From Octopus sinensis (lineage: Eukaryota), in contig NC_043002.1 in NCBI RefSeq assembly GCF_006345805.1, positions 56,730,001-56,794,000 of the forward strand: a stretch of DNA of 64,000 nucleotides. The letters are read 5' to 3'. Positions 1 through 12,599 of the stretch are shown here, piece by piece (position 1 is the first letter of the stretch; every line of letters starts with the position of its first letter). The position numbers and the translations under genes are program-made. The notes under the pieces were generated by a model that saw nothing but the letters and a program-made list of their open reading frames with translations, was not told where the DNA came from and ran no database searches.

Positions 1-317
1 GCCTTTAGTCAAAGAAATTTACCTCAGGACTTATTCTTTCTAAGCCTAGTACTTATTCCATCCGTCTCTTTTGCTGAGCTGCTAGTTTACAAAACCATAA
101 ACACACCAACACCGGTTGTCAAGCGATGGGGGTGCATGACAAATACAGATACACAAGCACGCACACACACACACACACGTGACAGGCTTCTTTCAGTTTC
201 CATCTACCTTGTGGTAGATGGAATCTGCTCACAAGGTTTTGGTTGGTCTAAAGCTATAGTAGAACCCAGAACCATGTGGTTGGGAAGCAAGCTTCTTACC
301 ACTCAGTCACACCTGCG
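1..317 (-). mobile_element. tRNA-derived SINE family A, non-RTE tail type, cut by window edge
   Basis: Reverse complement of the recurring head GCAGGYGTGGCTGTGTGGTAAGAAGCTTGCTTCCCAACCACATGG and tail ...GCTTGACAACCGGTGTTGGTGTGTTTA...; matches copies at 51.5, 57.9 and 59.3 kb. Confidence 0.8.
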
Positions 318-332
318 TGTGTGTGTATATTA

Positions 333-373
<41 letters not shown>

Positions 374-1157
374 AGCATTCTGTCTTTAGTAGACATACTG
401 TACTACTTTTACTGTCCTGTTAAGCTTTATAAAATATTTTGAAAAATAAGCTTGACTAATTTAAGTCTCGCTTTTTCTTTGTTTTGAAATTAGATATTTA
501 CCAGTGTTTGTATTTTAACATCAGTTATCTTAACAGGCTGTTGATCTTTTAACAAATTTTAGAACTTTGAAAATATGTCAATTCAAAATTTACTCCTAAA
601 CAGATTTCTAAGTATAATTGGAAAGTTTCTTGTCTGAAGGGCTCTTCATTAAAGTTGTGAATATAACCAACATTTTATATTAACTTTAAATCATTAAAAA
701 TCAATTTGTAATGTTTTGGAGTCTGTTCAATATTTTGTTTATGAAAAATTGTACTGCTCCATCCCTTAAAGAAAAAAATGGGTGTCTTATTTTGCCTTAA
801 CTTGTAAGAAAATGTTAAGCTCTCATTTAGCATTTACTAAAGATTGTACAATCAGTAGACAGAGCCTTCATCAAACTATGATACCATCAACTCTGATTTC
901 TGTCTGTAATTAAACTAAATCAAATATTTCTTATATTGATTGAAATCATACAACATATATGGCCACCAGGAATTATTCAGCTATTTTTTCGTACCTGAAC
1001 CCATTTAAAGTTATGTTAATTAACAATGTGCCAGCAGTGTTTATTCTTCGTACCAAAGTTTACTATAGGTATACCGAAAGATTTTTGCCAGCACTACATT
1101 TGTAAATTCATTTAATACACAAAATAGTTTTTATTGCCATTTATTATACTACCTCAC

Positions 1158-1277
1158 TGTGGACAACAAAGGAGGAATTGACTAGACACTGTGCTCTCTC
1201 GTTAAGTATTTAGCTTCTAACGAGGATATAATAAACGAGAAACTGGTGTTCAGTTAGTCCCTCTTTTACTGTCCACA
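1158..1277. repeat. Degenerate inverted repeat (old MITE-like hairpin)
   Basis: TGTGGACA...TCTCGTT pairs with AACGAGA...TGTCCACA; about 45-bp arms, mismatches mostly transitions. Confidence 0.5.
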
Positions 1278-1766
1278 TAATAAACAAATATTTACAATTG
1301 TTCTCATGTATCTAGTAAATTTAATTAGATTATATATTTAATTTACAAACACAGTGAAAGCTAAAATCTTTAGATATTGCCTTTAGTAAACTTCAGTATT
1401 GCCTATACTTTAGTCAAATTGATTAGATTAATTAATTAACGAATTCAGTGACAGCCAAATCTTTTGGTGTAGTCTCTATTAAACTTCAATTTGTTAGTTT
1501 AGAATATAGCTTGGCTGCTTGTAGTTTTCCATATTATTTATTAAAGAAGTTACTAGCAGTTTAGCGCAAAACAAGAGTAATGAAATAAAAAAAAAAACAT
1601 GAAATATTTTTATCAAAAAGCCCATAAAGTGAAAAAAATATTTAAAAAAAATAATCTGTAGAAATATTATGAGAGGAAAGAGTATCTTCCACTACTCTCC
1701 TGGTCTGACCAAAGGAATGTGAGTGGATTTGGTAGGTGGAAATTGAAAAAAGTGTGTGTGAATGCA

Positions 1767-1789
1767 TGCGTGCGTGCGTGCGTGCGTGC

Positions 1790-1838
<49 letters not shown>

Positions 1839-2055
1839 GATATCATGTGATGGTTGCAAACGTGTATCACTGCCATACAAATGACATTTGTTTCCAATAT
1901 TCCTGAAAAACATACCTGACCATGGAGGAAAATATTACTTTGCTTGGAAGCAAGTGAGGGTTAGTGACAGGAAGAGCATTCTGCCATAGAAAATCCATCT
2001 CAACAAATTCCATCTGACCCATTCAAGCATGGAAAAGCAGATGTTAAATGATGAT
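1767..2055 (+). mobile_element. (GCGT)n(GT)n microsatellite followed by SINE 3' half with RTE-type tail
   Basis: Ends in CATGGAAAAGCAGATGTTAAATGATGAT, the same terminus as the RTE LINE 3' end at 42.6 kb. Confidence 0.75.
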
Positions 2056-3527
2056 CATAAAAATCAGAAAGGCGCCTCTTTCTTTAACAGTTCAAAAATC
2101 TAAAGTACATCAAAATTAAAAGCTTCTTAACAAATGACCATTTTAGAAGAAATACATTCAATCAGATACATAATCCCCCACCCCCTCATTTTTGTTTATA
2201 ATTATATTAGTATTTGAAAAGTTTATTCCTGTAGCATTAATCAAAGAAACATTATATCTAATTAGAACAGAGGTTAAATTAACAATCCAAATTCCAATAT
2301 TTTCTCAGTCTTATTCTTAGAAACACAATTGCTTCTATCAGATCCTCATTTATGCAAAACCCTTACATCTGATTTGATTATTCTTTTGGAAATAATTTTC
2401 ATTTAGATGTTGTAGGTGCATTTTTACTAATTCTCATTTAGATGTTGTAGGTGCATTTTTACTAATTCCAACTCTCACAATCCAAATAATTGCTTTTCAC
2501 TCCGACATTGTGTCTGTCTTTGATTCTTACAGCCCTGTATTTACTCTTTACCAAACACTCTTGAGATATTAAGTTTATCTGAGTTTCAAATATGTGACTT
2601 ATCATCAAAGCCACTGCCATTGCCTCTATCTTTTCATTTAATATCTTCATTGTCATCATCATCATCATCATCATCATAGTTTCCAGCATCAGCTTCCTTT
2701 CTGTCGTTACCATTATCTTAGGTTGAAATTTACTCCTCCACTCACCACCCCTGCTATTTTATCTCTTTTCATAAGCTCTATCTTTGTCATCTTCATTACC
2801 ACCACAACGATTTTTTTTATAACACTGCTTCCATTTTGCAACCACCACCACCAGTCATCCACATTATTTTAACCTACATTCATCTATTTCTATGTATATT
2901 CCTTTACTTACATATATTGACAAACAACACTATAAGAGAAGACATTTGGTTCTTTCCACTCTTGTCCTGTTGTGTCTTTTATAGATGATCACATTACAGA
3001 GTGAGAGAGAGATTTACTTAATTTCTATTTTGAGGATGGTTACAGAATCAGAGAAAATGAAATGTTTATGTCCAACCTCTAATAATGCTGTTTGTTAAAA
3101 AAATAAATAAATAAATAAAAAATTTTGTGGAATGGAGGACAGCTTCTCTCCTCCTAAAAAACATCAAATTGATGGATGATGAATATCTGACATCTTTCAT
3201 ATTCAGTGCAAAAAATGAAAATAATGCTTATTCTTTCTTTCTTTATTTATTTATTTAGAATATTATTGGCAAAATGGATTTACAAATCCACAAATTTATC
3301 AAGTTAGTATGGTGAAAGCGTCAGAAGTGTTTGGCAGCACTTTCTGAAATTGTCAAAATAGATTTATGATTAGTTGCTGGTGGTAACAGAAAAATTAGTT
3401 GAAGAATACAGATGAGATTCTTAATTGGAAAAGTGACTGATCTCTATGACTAAAGTTTCAGACATTTTTTTATTTCCATTTTACCAACTGGAAATAAGTT
3501 TTGGAAGAACACAGATTCTTCATTTAA

Positions 3528-3746
3528 CCCTTCCATTACCATATTTCTGACCAAATACACATTGCCTTTGTTTCATTTAATTTTAAAAGTAAAGAAGAAT
3601 TTAGTAAAATAATATTGTCATTATCAAACTGGTATTTGCAACATAACTTAACATTTTGGTGGAAGGTTTAAATTTAGATTTCTTTAAAACAGGAAGTTTA
3701 TGTGTTAGAACCAGGGGCTGCCTTGGCTGGGTTGGTACCAAAGGGG
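3528..3746. mobile_element. piggyBac-derived MITE (TTAA TSD)
   Basis: TTAA|CCCTTCCATTACCATATTTCTGACCAAATACAC ... GGTACCAAAGGGG|TTAA; left end matches the reverse complement of the right end of the piggyBac at 49188-50272; a partial second copy follows at about 3780-3957. Confidence 0.8.
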
Positions 3747-4556
3747 TTAAACTTGCCACTGAAGGAATATGTTTTTCAACTGATTAGCCCTATATATTGA
3801 ATTTAGTAAAACAGCTTTGTCATTAATAATCAGGTATTTGAAATATAAATTAACATAGAATTTTGATGGAAGGTTTTAATTTAGATTCCTTTAAAACAGG
3901 AAGTTTATATCCTAGATTCAAAGCTGTCTTGGACAGGTTAGTATTAAAAAACTTAAGTAAAAGTGACAGGTGTATGAAATGAGATTGTGTGTTGCTTGTA
4001 CCTTCCTGGTTTCTTATGTAAGTGCTGGACATTCCATATCAGCTAATGCAGGTGATTGCTCTCTTGAACGATTGATAAACAAAAACTGCAACTGACCATC
4101 TGAAGTTCATGGATTCCAGCATTTACATTCCATATGTCTTTGGCTCTGAAGAAGCATTATAACCAAATAGATATGGTATTAGCAGAGATCATTGCTTCAC
4201 ATCCGTTGCACGCATTTTCTTATTGCTTCTTATGACCCCCCCCCCCCGACTGATTTCTTTTGTCTTCTCCCTTATACATCAATCACACTGCTGCCCTTTG
4301 TTTATCATTTGCTTCATTAACCTCTCCTCTCATTCCTAATCACCCGTTACCTACCTCTTGCACTTCTATGAACTCATCCACTCACACTTCCTGACGCCAA
4401 TTTTCTATTCTCTCTTATACTCACCTTCTGTACATTGTGTGTAGGGGAGGGGTCAATAAACTAAGCACCAACTGAGCACAGGCTGATGTAATCAACCTCT
4501 TCTAAAACTGCTGGCCTTGTGCCAAAATTTAAAATCATCATCATTATTATTATTAT

Positions 4557-4815
4557 TAAGGTAGCAAGTTGGTAGAATTGTAAGTGCAATGCATAAAATG
4601 CTTAGCACCATTTCTTCAGACTCTCTACATACTGAGTTCAAATGCCACTCAGGTCAACTTTGCCTGCCTGCTTGCCTTTCTTCCTTTCTTTTTTTTTCTT
4701 TTTCCTTTCCTTTCAAAACTCTAGAAAATAGGTACCAGCTGAGCACATGGGTTGATGTAATCATCTTGCTCTCCCCTACAGAATTGTTGTTGCCCTTGTA
4801 CCAAAATAAAAAAAA
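4557..4815 (+). mobile_element. tRNA-derived SINE family B
   Basis: Head GGYRGCRAGYTGGCAGAAT...TGAGTTCAAAT and core GGTCAACTTTGCC...GTACCAG, tail GCCTTGTACCAAAAT. Confidence 0.7.
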
Positions 4816-5551
4816 GCATTCATATTATCATTACATCTACATGGGTTTTGTTGTCAAACACAAATGAAACGAACCTTTGATGTGACACTTGACTAGAATA
4901 TTTCTGGAGGAAATGCTTCTGTAAATTGCATAAACTCCTCTTTTGACAATGTGATTAGTCTTTGCCATTGCACCTCTATCAAATTAAGGACCCTTAAAAA
5001 AATGCTACAGGTTTATCATGTTGTAATAATGTTTCATCAAGAACATCTGTTCCCATAGTAAAAGAAAACCATCATTGAATGTCTACAGTAGCCTGTTGAA
5101 TATCATTCTTAATGGATTTGATATATTTTACAGCATCTTCAAATAGGAGGGAAAATTATCCCCCAATATTTAAATTAAAACAAAACTACTAACATAATTA
5201 ATTTTAACTAACACTAAAATGTAAAAATAAATAAACTAGCTACCATATAAATTGAATAACATTTCACTACCATTTACCTTTAAGATAATAACTATAACCC
5301 GTTAACTATATATATTAATAATAATAATAATAAAGCAAATAAATCTTCATATTTCAAGAAACTAATACACAATAATGGCTTAATTTCCAAAGAGTCCTTT
5401 GTACTTTAGCCTTCGAAACTTAGCATAAAGCCACCTGTTCCTCTCTCAAATATACTCCTTTTTTTTGCTTCTTTACTTTGTCTTGCAAGTTATTATGTAA
5501 CGTGACTAATGCTAGTGCCTCGAAACAAAAAGCACCTAATACACTCTAAAG

Positions 5552-5863
5552 CAGGGGTTCTCAACCATTTTTTATCTGTGGATTCCCCCCCCACCTTTGA
5601 TTACTATTTTATTCTGGTGGGGACCCCCCAACCATTATATGTTTAAAAACTAGTTTTATAGAAATTTCTTTCAAAATTCCTGTCTTGTTTTTCACACAAA
5701 AATATTAGAGAAAGAAATCTAGCTGTATCTTGTAATACATATGTCTAAAGTAAAAAAATGTTTCAGGGGCTCTTAAAATACTGTTGTGGACTCCCAATTT
5801 ACTATTTTGTTGTGCGGACACCCCCCCCCCCAATCTTATATGGACCCTGGTTGAGAACTACTG
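5552..5863. mobile_element. hAT-type MITE with 8-bp TSD, nested in an RTE-tail repeat
   Basis: TIR CAGGGGTTCTCAACC / GGTTGAGAACTACTG; perfect TSD CTCTAAAG at 5544-5551 and 5864-5871; host repeat spans about 5460-6015 and ends GTTAAATGATGATGA. Confidence 0.9.
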
Positions 5864-6597
5864 CTCTAAAGTGTTGGCTTTAGAAAGGACATCCAGCTGT
5901 AAGAAACCATGCCAAAGCTGGCATTAGTGTCTGTTGTAGCTCTGCTGTACACTGGACTCTGTCAAACCATCCAACACATGCCACCATGGAAAATGGATGT
6001 TAAATGATGATGATACAAATGGTATCATTTGGCATAGTAACCCAAGTGCTTGTTGTAATTCTTTACTGTTTAGAGGTGTAGATTGCGCTTTGAAAGGTCA
6101 AAAGTATTCCAGAAGTGGATGTAATTTTTCATGTGAGATTAGATAAGCTAAGAAATTATGTTTTGATGCTTTAAAGAAATTCAGAATATTGGTATCAAGC
6201 ACCTATTTTATTCCACCACAAACCAAGAAAATTAAATAAAATAAAAATCATTCGGGTATGAATAGGAACCTTTGAAGTTTCCTTTTGTTGATAAATTCAT
6301 TGATGCCTCCGTGATGTATTGATAGAAACTCCCAGCTGCTTTGGAAAGTTGTTATGGTTTTTCACAGGTTTTATACAAACTTGATATAATAAGGGTTACT
6401 TAGATCACTAGTTTTGCTACAATATTTTATATTTGGATAAAGGATGAAGCAGATCATCTTCTATGGGGAATTAGGGAAGCTTCAAACTCTGTAGAATAAT
6501 TATCTACACAGATGAGTTTTATTTTTTTAACTGGACTTGCCAATAACAACCAAAATCTGTGAATGCCACAGTGTTTTATACTTGTTTTTGTGAATTT

Positions 6598-6935
6598 CAT
6601 CATCTTTTGAACGTCCACTTTTTCTATGCTTGTACAAGTTGGATGAAGTTTATTGAAGTGTATTTTCTACAGCCAGATGTCCTTCCTGTCAACAACCCAT
6701 ACCTCTTTCCAAGCAAAGTAATATTTCCTCATGGCCAGATATAGTGAATGGCACTTCTTGGATACATTGAATTTTAACTCTCATACAGTATCAAGACAAG
6801 GAAACATGCACACAGTGGGTGTCTTTCAGTTTCAAAGCTTTGATTGGCCTGGTACCCAAGGTACCATGCAGTGGACTGAACCAGAAACCATGTCGTTTAA
6901 AAGCTAACTTCTTAACCACACTCCCATGCCTGTGC
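6598..6935 (-). mobile_element. SINE family A with RTE-type tail
   Basis: Family A head at right, RTE 3' terminus (CATC..TGAACGTCCACTTTTCTATGC) at left. Confidence 0.75.
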
Positions 6936-7439
6936 CCCTATCTTGATCTTCTATTCTATTGGCAAGGTTTGTTTGCAAAAAGGTTTACAACTTGGGGTGA
7001 AATTTTAAGCAAGTTTAACAACCCCCACCACCCACTCTCAGCCACTTATAGATGTTAAATGATGATGGTGATGATGCACTAAATTGTAGAACTTAAGAAA
7101 GTTGTACATATTTATAGAATCTTTTATTTTGCAAATGTAAAACTCATTCGTTCATGCTGTTAGCTCAAAATTATGGAAACAGTACTCCCCCCACTCCACC
7201 CCATGAAGAATTTCATTTACCTTGACATTAATTTTCATTATTGCCAAAGATATAAGGAACCAAGTATCAAAATATATCATTGTCAGAGTAATATATTGAG
7301 ATTGAATACTGACTAAAGAAAATAGAGTAGAAATGTTGTAGACACCAATAGCTACATTTTCAACAGACAGCAGTTTTAGCTGGCGGGCTGCACGAAGGTA
7401 GTTTTGCGCTGTCATGGATCAAGCAGATTTCTTGTGTTT

Positions 7440-7762
7440 TAGCATTTATTGCTGCAGATCCTTGAAATGTCATGGTTCCAGTACTATGGACATGTAATTA
7501 GAATATCACAAGAAAGAATTGCAAAACCACTGATTCTTCAAGCTGAGCCAACCAGCAAGAGATCTGGGAGTAGACTAAGAATGAGATGGTTGCATAATAT
7601 CTGTGGTCAGTATGGTCTCAGTTGGTCGAACTTGAGAATCCAGCAGGAAAGTGTAATGATGGTTGCTTCTGATAGGACTCTATGGAAGAGGTGCCTTAGG
7701 ACTCTAACCCAATGACTCTCTCAGGAATAGTAAGTGGGCAGAGAAAAGGGATGGATGGATGA
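7440..7762 (+). pseudogene. Degraded 3' fragment of an RTE-clade LINE ORF
   Basis: Translation YYGHVIR..ERIAK....KRSGSRLRMRW...DRTLWKR matches the RTE C-terminal motif WYGHV.R..R..K..RGRPR.RW..DR..WR; (GATG)n tail follows. Confidence 0.75.
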
Positions 7763-8061
7763 ATCATTCAATTTTTACCATTTAAATTCCAGAAACTGTC
7801 ATAGATGTGTTAGGTATTTGATACGATTCTGTGATAGATAGAACTTGTTCCAAAGAACTAACCTGTCTGCTGTTACTGTTCAATGTTATATTTTCCATTT
7901 GTATGACCCTGATAATGTTTGAGCATATTCCAGGTATAAAGATATCTTTTACAAATGACAAATCTTTCCCCCAGCCATTTTCTAGCATTAAAATTGCAAT
8001 CATGAACTAATAGTATTGAATTCAGTAGAAATTCTTCTGTTTTCATTGGGTTTTTGAAATC

Positions 8062-8470
8062 ATCATCATTTAACATACATTCTGCCATGCTTACATGGGT
8101 CAGATGAAATTTGTTTAGGATGCCCTTCCAGTTGCCAACCCTTACCCATTTCCAAGCAAATTAATGTTTTCTCCATGGCTAGACATGTTTTTCCACAAAA
8201 GATTGAAAACAAATAATGTCACTTATATGACAATGCCTTTTGTTTACAACTTTAATGTCAAGTGAAGGGCTCATGCCTGCATGTATGTATGCGCGCACAC
8301 ACGCACACACTCACAACAGGCTTCTTTCAGTTTCTGTCTACTGAATTCAATTACAAGGCTTTGGTTGGCCTGGGAATATTGTAGAAGACACTTGCGCAAG
8401 GTGCTGCACAGTTGGACAGAGCCTGAGACCACATGGTTGGGAATCAGGGTTTTTAACCACTCAGCCACCT
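8062..8470 (-). mobile_element. SINE family A with RTE-type tail
   Basis: Full head-to-tail match to other family A/RTE-tail copies. Confidence 0.8.
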
Positions 8471-10853
8471 CACATAGGTAAAAACTGTTGGATCTATATT
8501 TTGTTGGTAGCCATTCCATAATTTATCAAATGTTAAGAAGTGATAAGAAATTCTCGAGAGCTGATCGACAGAAGGTCTTCAGAGGAGAATCACCAACTCA
8601 GACAAGTGTTTCAGCCTTTAACTTCCTACATTCTAAGGAGGTTGAGCTACATCCAGGTCCATGATTCTTGGGTACTTTTCTGCTGGCTGACACTTTTTAG
8701 CCAGATGGATATCAGATGCTTGTGCCTGGAGATATCCAAATGTAAAAATATCTATTATAAATGTTAGCTTTGTTTGGTCTAGCTTATCTTGTCCATTTGG
8801 ATTCAACAATTGATAGTTATTAAACTGATAAAATCATTGTGATAATAATAATATTCTTCAATCAACTTTAAAAGATTCATATATTATTAACACCTGCCAT
8901 GGCTGGTGTGTTATCAGGAGAGGTAAGAGCCATAACTATTATATAGTTGAGACGCCTTAAACATAAAACTATTTAATGCTTTAATTTTACACTGTCTCTT
9001 AATTATCATTTAAAAAAATTTTTTATGAAACTTAGTAGTCCTGACATAGTAGAATGGAATATACTCTCGCTGTCATGCTAAAATACTTTGTACCTAAGAG
9101 TTTATTGCCTTGTTTATTTGAAGAGGTATTATGACATAACTATATAGTGAAACTATCCCAGATAAACTCTTGCCTCTAATATTGGATATCTTATGTTAAG
9201 GAATCATCAGAGATCACATGGCGACTCACTTCTTGAAAGAAAAGAATAGAGAGAAAGAAAGAAAACTCCAGACTAATGTTGTCATAAACAGAGATTTTTC
9301 ACATAACTTTCCAACACTCTTCTTTGTTGTTACTCCTCCTCCTGTTTGATCTGTTAACTCTTAACTCTCTTAGGTCAATCCTGACTGCCTTGATCTATGA
9401 CTTATTTCAAGTATTACTGCCTGCATTGTCATCAACTAATTGTAATGTCACTCATTTCACTTTGTCGCCCTCACATGTTCTTCATATATCTTGAATGTCT
9501 TATAATCAGCTTGTGCTGTCTTATTGCCAGCCACATTATCTTCCTTCTTCAAACTTAAGTCTCTTTCTCATTCACTTCCTACATTTAGCAGATCATATTT
9601 CTCTTAATCCTCTCTGGCTTTTACAGTTTTTCTCCTTCCAATTACCAACTTAACATGCCTGACACTGCTGCGCTTCTGACATATTTAGCATATTGTAGTC
9701 TTTTTTAGATAAACAAAAAAAAAAAAAAAACTCTGCTTCTCTAATTCATATCAGGACATAGTCATATAAGTTATCTGTTGATCTTTCAAAAGTTGGTTTT
9801 ACTTGTAGTCATTTGAAATATCGTTACATTTTCCTCCTCCCACTGGATGCACTGCTTACATGCCCTGTAGTGCCCTGTCCCCGCTTTTTCTTGCATTTAT
9901 TTATATGTTACTAAAGGAATGAAGGTTGTAACCACTTTATAACCTTGCCATATTGTCCCCACCCACTCAGTTCAAGCCAGTTCTTCCATTTGCAATAGTC
10001 ACTTGTTTTTACATTGAAGACTAGGCATCTACGTTTATTAGATAAGATAATATTTTCTTTCTTATTTTTTTTAATAGAAGCTGAAGATAAAGTAAAACCC
10101 ATCTAAATAAACATTTAGCTAACTGTTTTGTAAAGAATAATGGGGTTGGGGGAAGAAAAAATACCTATCTTAAACATCATTAAGTTTACTGTTTCGCAAC
10201 TACCAATTTCATTTATAACCTGGCTCTTGGCTCTAAACTGTTTCATTGACAGCATAACAATGATGCTGTCAGGGTCATTCACCAAAACCAAACAAGGAAA
10301 AGTGACCATGGATATGAGATGGACTAGACTAAATAATCATACCAGTGATGGTGCTCCAGCATGGCCACAACCTCTGGTTGGAGCAAGTAAAGTTAGGCGT
10401 GCATGAGCACGCACACACATGGGGCCCTGGTTTAGGATTTCCAAGGTTTTGATGAGTGTGACACAACATCCCAGCCACTACCATTCTCAGGTCTTGTCCA
10501 AACCAAAGTAGTAGCACCTATCAAAGTCCCAGGTATAGGTCAACTAGCACATTAAGGCCTGCCTACCTGCCTGTGAAGACTATCATGTAGAAACCAACAT
10601 GGTTCAACTGAAGGGAAGTTTGGCTGCAGCAGTGCATTGTAGAGAGAACAAAGAAAGGCAAATAAGACATCTTGGTCATCCACTGTCTCCATCCCCATCC
10701 CCAGTTGCCTTGACCTGGTCTTGGCACTGGTCACAGACAAGAGAGTGAGGTTGGTGGTGTGCAACCCTTCATTTTAAAGTTACCACTCATCCCTAAGGAG
10801 GACTAGATTGTCCTCATCGTACTCAAGGACGAACATGTATTTATGTGTATATA

Positions 10854-11146
10854 CAGGATGATTCAAAAGTCGCCATACAACAGGCTCTATATGGTTACCA
10901 TTGTTTTGAATACACATTGCAATACGTTTATCCCACCCATTGTGAACTTGTAATAGCACGTCTGGTGGTATGTGTACAAATGAGTTGGTGATACGTTCCT
11001 TCAAATGATTTGTCTTTTATCTTTCTGCGATACACCATGCCTTTCAAAGACAGAAATCAGGAGGGGTCAGATTAGGGGATTTAATAAACTGTTTCCTATT
11101 AAAAAAAACAAAAATTTTTCCTGTTGGAGACTTTTGAATCACTCTG
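10854..11146 (-). mobile_element. Internally deleted Tc1/mariner-superfamily transposon
   Basis: TIR CAGGATGATTCAAAAGTCGCC / GGAGACTTTTGAATCACTCTG preceded by TA; minus strand encodes PNLTPPDF and LKERI...VHNGWDKRIAMCIQNNGNHIE, a typical transposase C-terminus. Confidence 0.8.
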
Positions 11147-11150
11147 TGTG

Positions 11151-11154
<4 letters not shown>

Positions 11155-11231
<77 letters not shown>

Positions 11232-11240
11232 CATATATAT
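11155..11240. repeat. (TA)n microsatellite
   Basis: Direct reading. Confidence 0.95.
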
Positions 11241-11463
11241 AAAGTTAATCCAAACAAGAAAGCACAAAAAAAAAAAACACAACAACGCGAGGACGTGGAT
11301 CAAATGTAGTATTATTGGATGCTCAGGAGAGAAGGAGGGTTTAACGTTTCGGGCGGATCTCTTCGTCGGAAACAGGAGAAGGAAAGATCCAGAGAAGGGA
11401 AGACAGAGGGAAAAAAATCGCCAACGGTACACACGAGGTCACATTTTGAAAGACCGGAAGGAA
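11241..11463 (-). mobile_element. Short CpG-rich insertion in (TA)n carrying a hammerhead-like motif (Penelope-like pLTR fragment candidate)
   Basis: Flanked by (TA)n on both sides; contains the motif at 11339-11373. Confidence 0.55.
11339..11373 (-). ncRNA. Minimal type-I hammerhead ribozyme-like motif (variant core)
   Basis: Minus strand GUUU-CCGACGA-A-GAGAUCCGCCC-GAAA-CG-UU-AAAC: 4-bp stem I, palindromic AACGUU stem III; U4->C change and imperfect stem II. Confidence 0.5.
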
Positions 11464-12599
11464 ATATATATATCTTCACCATTTAATATCTTCCTTCTGT
11501 GCTGATGGAATGGTTTTGCAGGATCCAATAAGTTGGGGAACAGCATCAAGCTTCAGTGTCTTCATTGGCAGTGTTTTCTATAGCTGGGTACCCTTCCTAA
11601 CATCAACCGCTTTACAGAGTGTACCAAATCTATCTTTTTGTATGTGTGTGTGTATGCGCGCACACGTGTATAAAGCATGTACATATGTATACACGTAACA
11701 ACTCAAACGCACGCATAGGAGTAATAGCCCTTTATTTCGCATAATGTGGGCTGGCCAAACACCTGAACATTAATATTTATTAACATATAAATAGATATAT
11801 TCTGATCTCTAGAAAAGCAAAAAATGATATATAAAATAAATTTTTAGTCTTCCGAAATTACTCGGGGAAAGAAAATTGAAAATTCTATGGAAATCATAAA
11901 TGCAAAACTGGATGTAATGAAATCTCTTTGTTGCCGTTAAGAGCATATGCAAAATAAATAAATAAAAAACAAAGAGAATGATTATATATATATATTCTAT
12001 TTTCTAAGAAATAATGTAAAAATCTTATTTGATTTTGTTTTCTGCACCTTCTATAGATCTCTCTCTGCCATCTAATATAATCTCCTTCACATCCATGTTG
12101 CCTGATCGGAACATTGCTTCAGCCTTGGTGTATGACTGGAACTTTATTTTATTATCGATCCCAAAACGATTAAAGGCAAAACTGACCTCGGCACCTTTTG
12201 TGCTCAAATATAACAATGAAGATTTTGTAACTCATCACTCCGCCGCTCCAACTAACCTTCTTTTGCCTTTATCTACATCCATTGTCATGTGCTTCCTTAT
12301 CTTTAGAAATTCTAAAAATAACGTGGAGTTCTTTAATTGCAAATTCTTTCGATTGCATCTCAGTGTTGTTATGTTTTTCTTTCTTGATGGTCTCTCTCAT
12401 CCTATTTATGCATGTTGCAGCTCTGAATTTAAAATGTCATTGAGGCCTCCATTTCATGCAAATCAAAGCAATTTACCTTCGTTCTGTTCTACACATTCCC
12501 AGGTGTAAACAAACTACATCGACTTATGAATGCCACGACCCTCTAAATTTAGATTGAGCAAATCTTAATTTTTTTTTCGCCGTCTGTTATGTAAACCAC

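Noticed and set aside
2399-2468. 35-bp direct duplication
   Set aside because: Simple two-copy tandem duplication with no further structure
12029-12508. 159-aa ORF and the overlapping minus-strand ORF
   Set aside because: No domain; it includes a SINE family B fragment at about 12135-12200
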